Assembly: GCA_963771175.1 (NCBI GenBank)
Contig: CAVYSY010000029.1
Location: 1-42,501 of the forward strand
Direction of reading: 5' to 3'
Length of the DNA: 42,501 nucleotides
Origin: an uncultured delta proteobacterium
GTDB taxonomy: Bacteria; Myxococcota; Myxococcia; Myxococcales; Myxococcaceae
Shown here piece by piece: positions 40,529 through 42,501 of the stretch; the stretch's first letter is position 1, and every line of letters begins with the position of its first letter. The position numbers and the translations under genes were made by a program. The notes below the pieces were generated by a model. It saw only the letters and a program-made list of their open reading frames with translations. It had not been told where the DNA came from and did no database searches.

Positions 40529-41454
40529 GGCTCACCCGATGGTCTCTCGCCCTCCTGCCCACCGGCCTCTTCCAGATCTTCACGTGCTGGAGGAGGGCTG
40601 AGCCGTTCCGCCTCCAGGCGAAGCGCATCGGGACTCAGCTGCCGCACCGTCCCCGAGAGCGGTTGCGGTGTAGGGAGGAAGGAGGACGGCGTCCGCGCGC
40701 GAACGAGCAGCCCCTGGAGCGCGCGCCAGCGGCGCTGCTTCATCAGATGAAGAGGCGTCTCCGCGCCCGGTGCCACGGGGGTCAGCAGCCACTGCTTCAG
40801 GGTCTGGGTGTCCTTGAGCTGCCTGGCCGCGGTCTCGACGAACTTCAAGGCCTCCAACAGGTGTGACTCCCGCTCGCCGCGAGGCGAGGTGCCGTTGAGC
40901 CAGCCGTAGAAGGCGCCGCGTGTAATGTCGAACACGTCCGCGAGCTGCTGGACGTTCAAGTCGGTCAGCGCACGCAGACGTTCCGCGGGATGATCTGGCC
41001 GAGTCGCGGCCTCTCGAGCAGTTGGGGGTTCACCTGTGCCGGTGGCATTCTGGAGTGTCTGGCCCCACCTGGCGATCAGGGCAGTTGCTACCCCGAAGAT
41101 TGCCAGCTTCGCGAACAGAAAGTCCGACGGACTCTCCGATGAACTGCAAGGGGCAGCAGGCGGGTACAGGGCTCTTAGGGCTTGCTGCGAGCCATACGCC
41201 CCGTGATGGGCCAGCCTCGCCCAGGTACCGTAGTAGCAAAGCGTGACGGCCGACCCGACCTCGCACTCGGGGTGGTTGCCCGTAATGGAGTCTGGCGAGA
41301 AGGCCAGGAGGGTCGGGACCTGCGTGTTACCCGTCCCCGTCAGCCCTTCAAGCAGTGGATGGAGGGGGAAGGCAGGAAGGGGACGGCGCCTCGACGCGGG
41401 TCGGGGCGACACCTCGGTTGGCTCGGCCCATGGCCCTTCGCGCAGCTCAGACAT
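40525..41454 (-). CDS. HTH protein with Xre-like helix-turn-helix and MbcA/ParS-like C-terminal motif, long N-terminal extension
   Basis: LRALTDLNVQQLADVFDITRGAFYGWLNG (HTH) then QWLLTPVAPGAETPLHLM (W..P.....TP..L); start overlaps the TIGR04255 stop. Confidence 0.7.
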   Translation of the reverse strand: MSELREGPWAEPTEVSPRPASRRRPLPAFPLHPLLEGLTGTGNTQVPTLLAFSPDSITGNHPECEVGSAVTLCYYGTWARLAHHGAYGSQQALRALYPPAAPCSSSESPSDFLFAKLAIFGVATALIARWGQTLQNATGTGEPPTAREAATRPDHPAERLRALTDLNVQQLADVFDITRGAFYGWLNGTSPRGERESHLLEALKFVETAARQLKDTQTLKQWLLTPVAPGAETPLHLMKQRRWRALQGLLVRARTPSSFLPTPQPLSGTVRQLSPDALRLEAERLSPPPAREDLEEAGGQEGERPSGEP

Positions 41455-42232
41455 CGTGAGGCTCCAACGCGTCCTCGAGGCGCTTGCTCAATGTCCAACG
41501 GAAGAAATGATAGCAGAACCTGTTGTAGGCCTTGAGCTGAGCCGCACTGCCCGCGAGGTCCAGGGGACTCGGGCGAGCATCCGAATAGTCGAGGTCGAGG
41601 AGGTAGAACGGCTCCTGCGCCGTCGAGCCGACGGTGGTGGGTAGCAGCGGATTGCCTCCCAGCAATCCGTGGCGGACGACGAACCTGCCATCCGGTCGAT
41701 TGACCTGGACTTCCTGGACCATGTGGCTCACGGGCTCGTCGAACAGGGATGCAGCGAAGCCGAGAAACTCGGGTTTGAACTGCTCACGCCAGTGCGCCAT
41801 CGAGCCTGTTTGGGGCGAGCGGAACTCGTTGATGTACCGCAATCCCAAGCGGTGCCGCTCGCGCAGGCCCAGATGCTCCTGGGCAGCGGTCATGACGCGT
41901 TCGAAGCGTGCGAGCAGGTCATCGATACTGGAGTACCTGCGGGTCTCCAGCGTCAGCGAGTCTTCTCCCAGAACAATCGACCAGTCGCCAGTACGCTCGG
42001 AGAACCGGTAGAGCGTCTCGTTCGTCTTGGGGGTCACCGCCGTGGCTGTCAGCCGGAAACTGGGCTGCTCCTCACGGTCCACGTCCGGGTAGACGTCAGC
42101 AAGGGACTCCTGGAAGTTGGCAATGGACTGCGCGTCCCTGAACCGGAGGAGGAGGGAAGAGCGGACCTGGGCAATCACCAGCTTGAGTGGTGACTTGGCG
42201 AACCGGACCCGCGGGTACTCAGGTAGCGGCAT
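41447..42232 (-). CDS. TIGR04255 family protein
   Basis: F.KSPLKLVIAQVR, LADVYP, YRFS...W.IVL..DSLTLET..Y, RLGLRYIN, YLLDLD, FFRW.L motifs. Confidence 0.85.
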   Translation of the reverse strand: MPLPEYPRVRFAKSPLKLVIAQVRSSLLLRFRDAQSIANFQESLADVYPDVDREEQPSFRLTATAVTPKTNETLYRFSERTGDWSIVLGEDSLTLETRRYSSIDDLLARFERVMTAAQEHLGLRERHRLGLRYINEFRSPQTGSMAHWREQFKPEFLGFAASLFDEPVSHMVQEVQVNRPDGRFVVRHGLLGGNPLLPTTVGSTAQEPFYLLDLDYSDARPSPLDLAGSAAQLKAYNRFCYHFFRWTLSKRLEDALEPHDV

Positions 42233-42250
42233 GAAGGGGCCCCTTAACGA

Positions 42251-42305
42251 AGCTGTACACCGAGCTGTACATATGCACGACCTTCCGTACGCTTAAGTGT
42301 ACAGC
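42251..42305. promoter_or_regulatory. Candidate operator/promoter of the TIGR04255 operon: AGCTGTACA x2 plus inverted GTGTACAGC
   Basis: AGCTGTACA at 42251-42259 and 42263-42271; GTGTACAGC at 42297-42305 overlaps a minus-strand TACACT -10-like hexamer (42296-42301). Confidence 0.55.
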
Positions 42306-42501
42306 AGTGTTCCCACCGGCTGGAGGGGAAGGGGTCGAGCAAGGGTATTCCTGATCGGTCCATCCTCCCTTCCAGGGGACGAAAACGTTGGGATACCGGG
42401 TACTTGGAAGGACCGAAGAGGCCTTCCAGCCTGGGAGGCTTCCGGTCAGGGGACCAGGTGAGCCAGCAGGCGACGAGCAACTCGGGGGACATCCGAGTCC
42501 C

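Noticed and set aside
42244..42492. 82-aa ORF upstream of TIGR04255 as a fourth operon gene
   Set aside because: No recognisable motif or RBS, and it spans the operator-like repeats and hairpins; probably non-coding.

Overview
GC-rich myxobacterial (Myxococcales/Archangiaceae-like) chromosomal window of about 35 genes. The strongest non-coding signal is a probable chromosomal replication origin (oriC) at ~18,190-18,460. It has about 12 DnaA-box-like 9-mers, a Bacillus-type basal unwinding module (two tandem boxes, GC spacer, six DnaA-trio-like triplets) and a visible C-rich to G-rich skew flip, yet no dnaA/dnaN gene is in the window. Housekeeping and signalling genes around it include nrfHA, gshB, msrB, phoD-like, an MscS-cNMP channel, two paralogous kinases with atypical RDVA(Q/E)KN loops, a PilZ protein and yceI-lysR-pirin. 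Four conflict-type cassettes are present: (1) a tandem duplication of SitA6/SitI6-like toxin-immunity pairs bounded by a 16-bp repeat; (2) a DUF559 nuclease / wHTH-like / AAA+HerA double-ATPase operon; (3) a translationally coupled three-gene cassette headed by a papain-like Cys-His-Asp protein; (4) a TIGR04255 / Xre-MbcA-like / 'SQDCD' three-gene operon with upstream TGTACA repeats. About 12 single-base indels break otherwise intact genes and look like sequencing errors. No CRISPR array, rRNA, tRNA or transposase was recognised. Family assignments come from motif recognition by eye, not from database searches.
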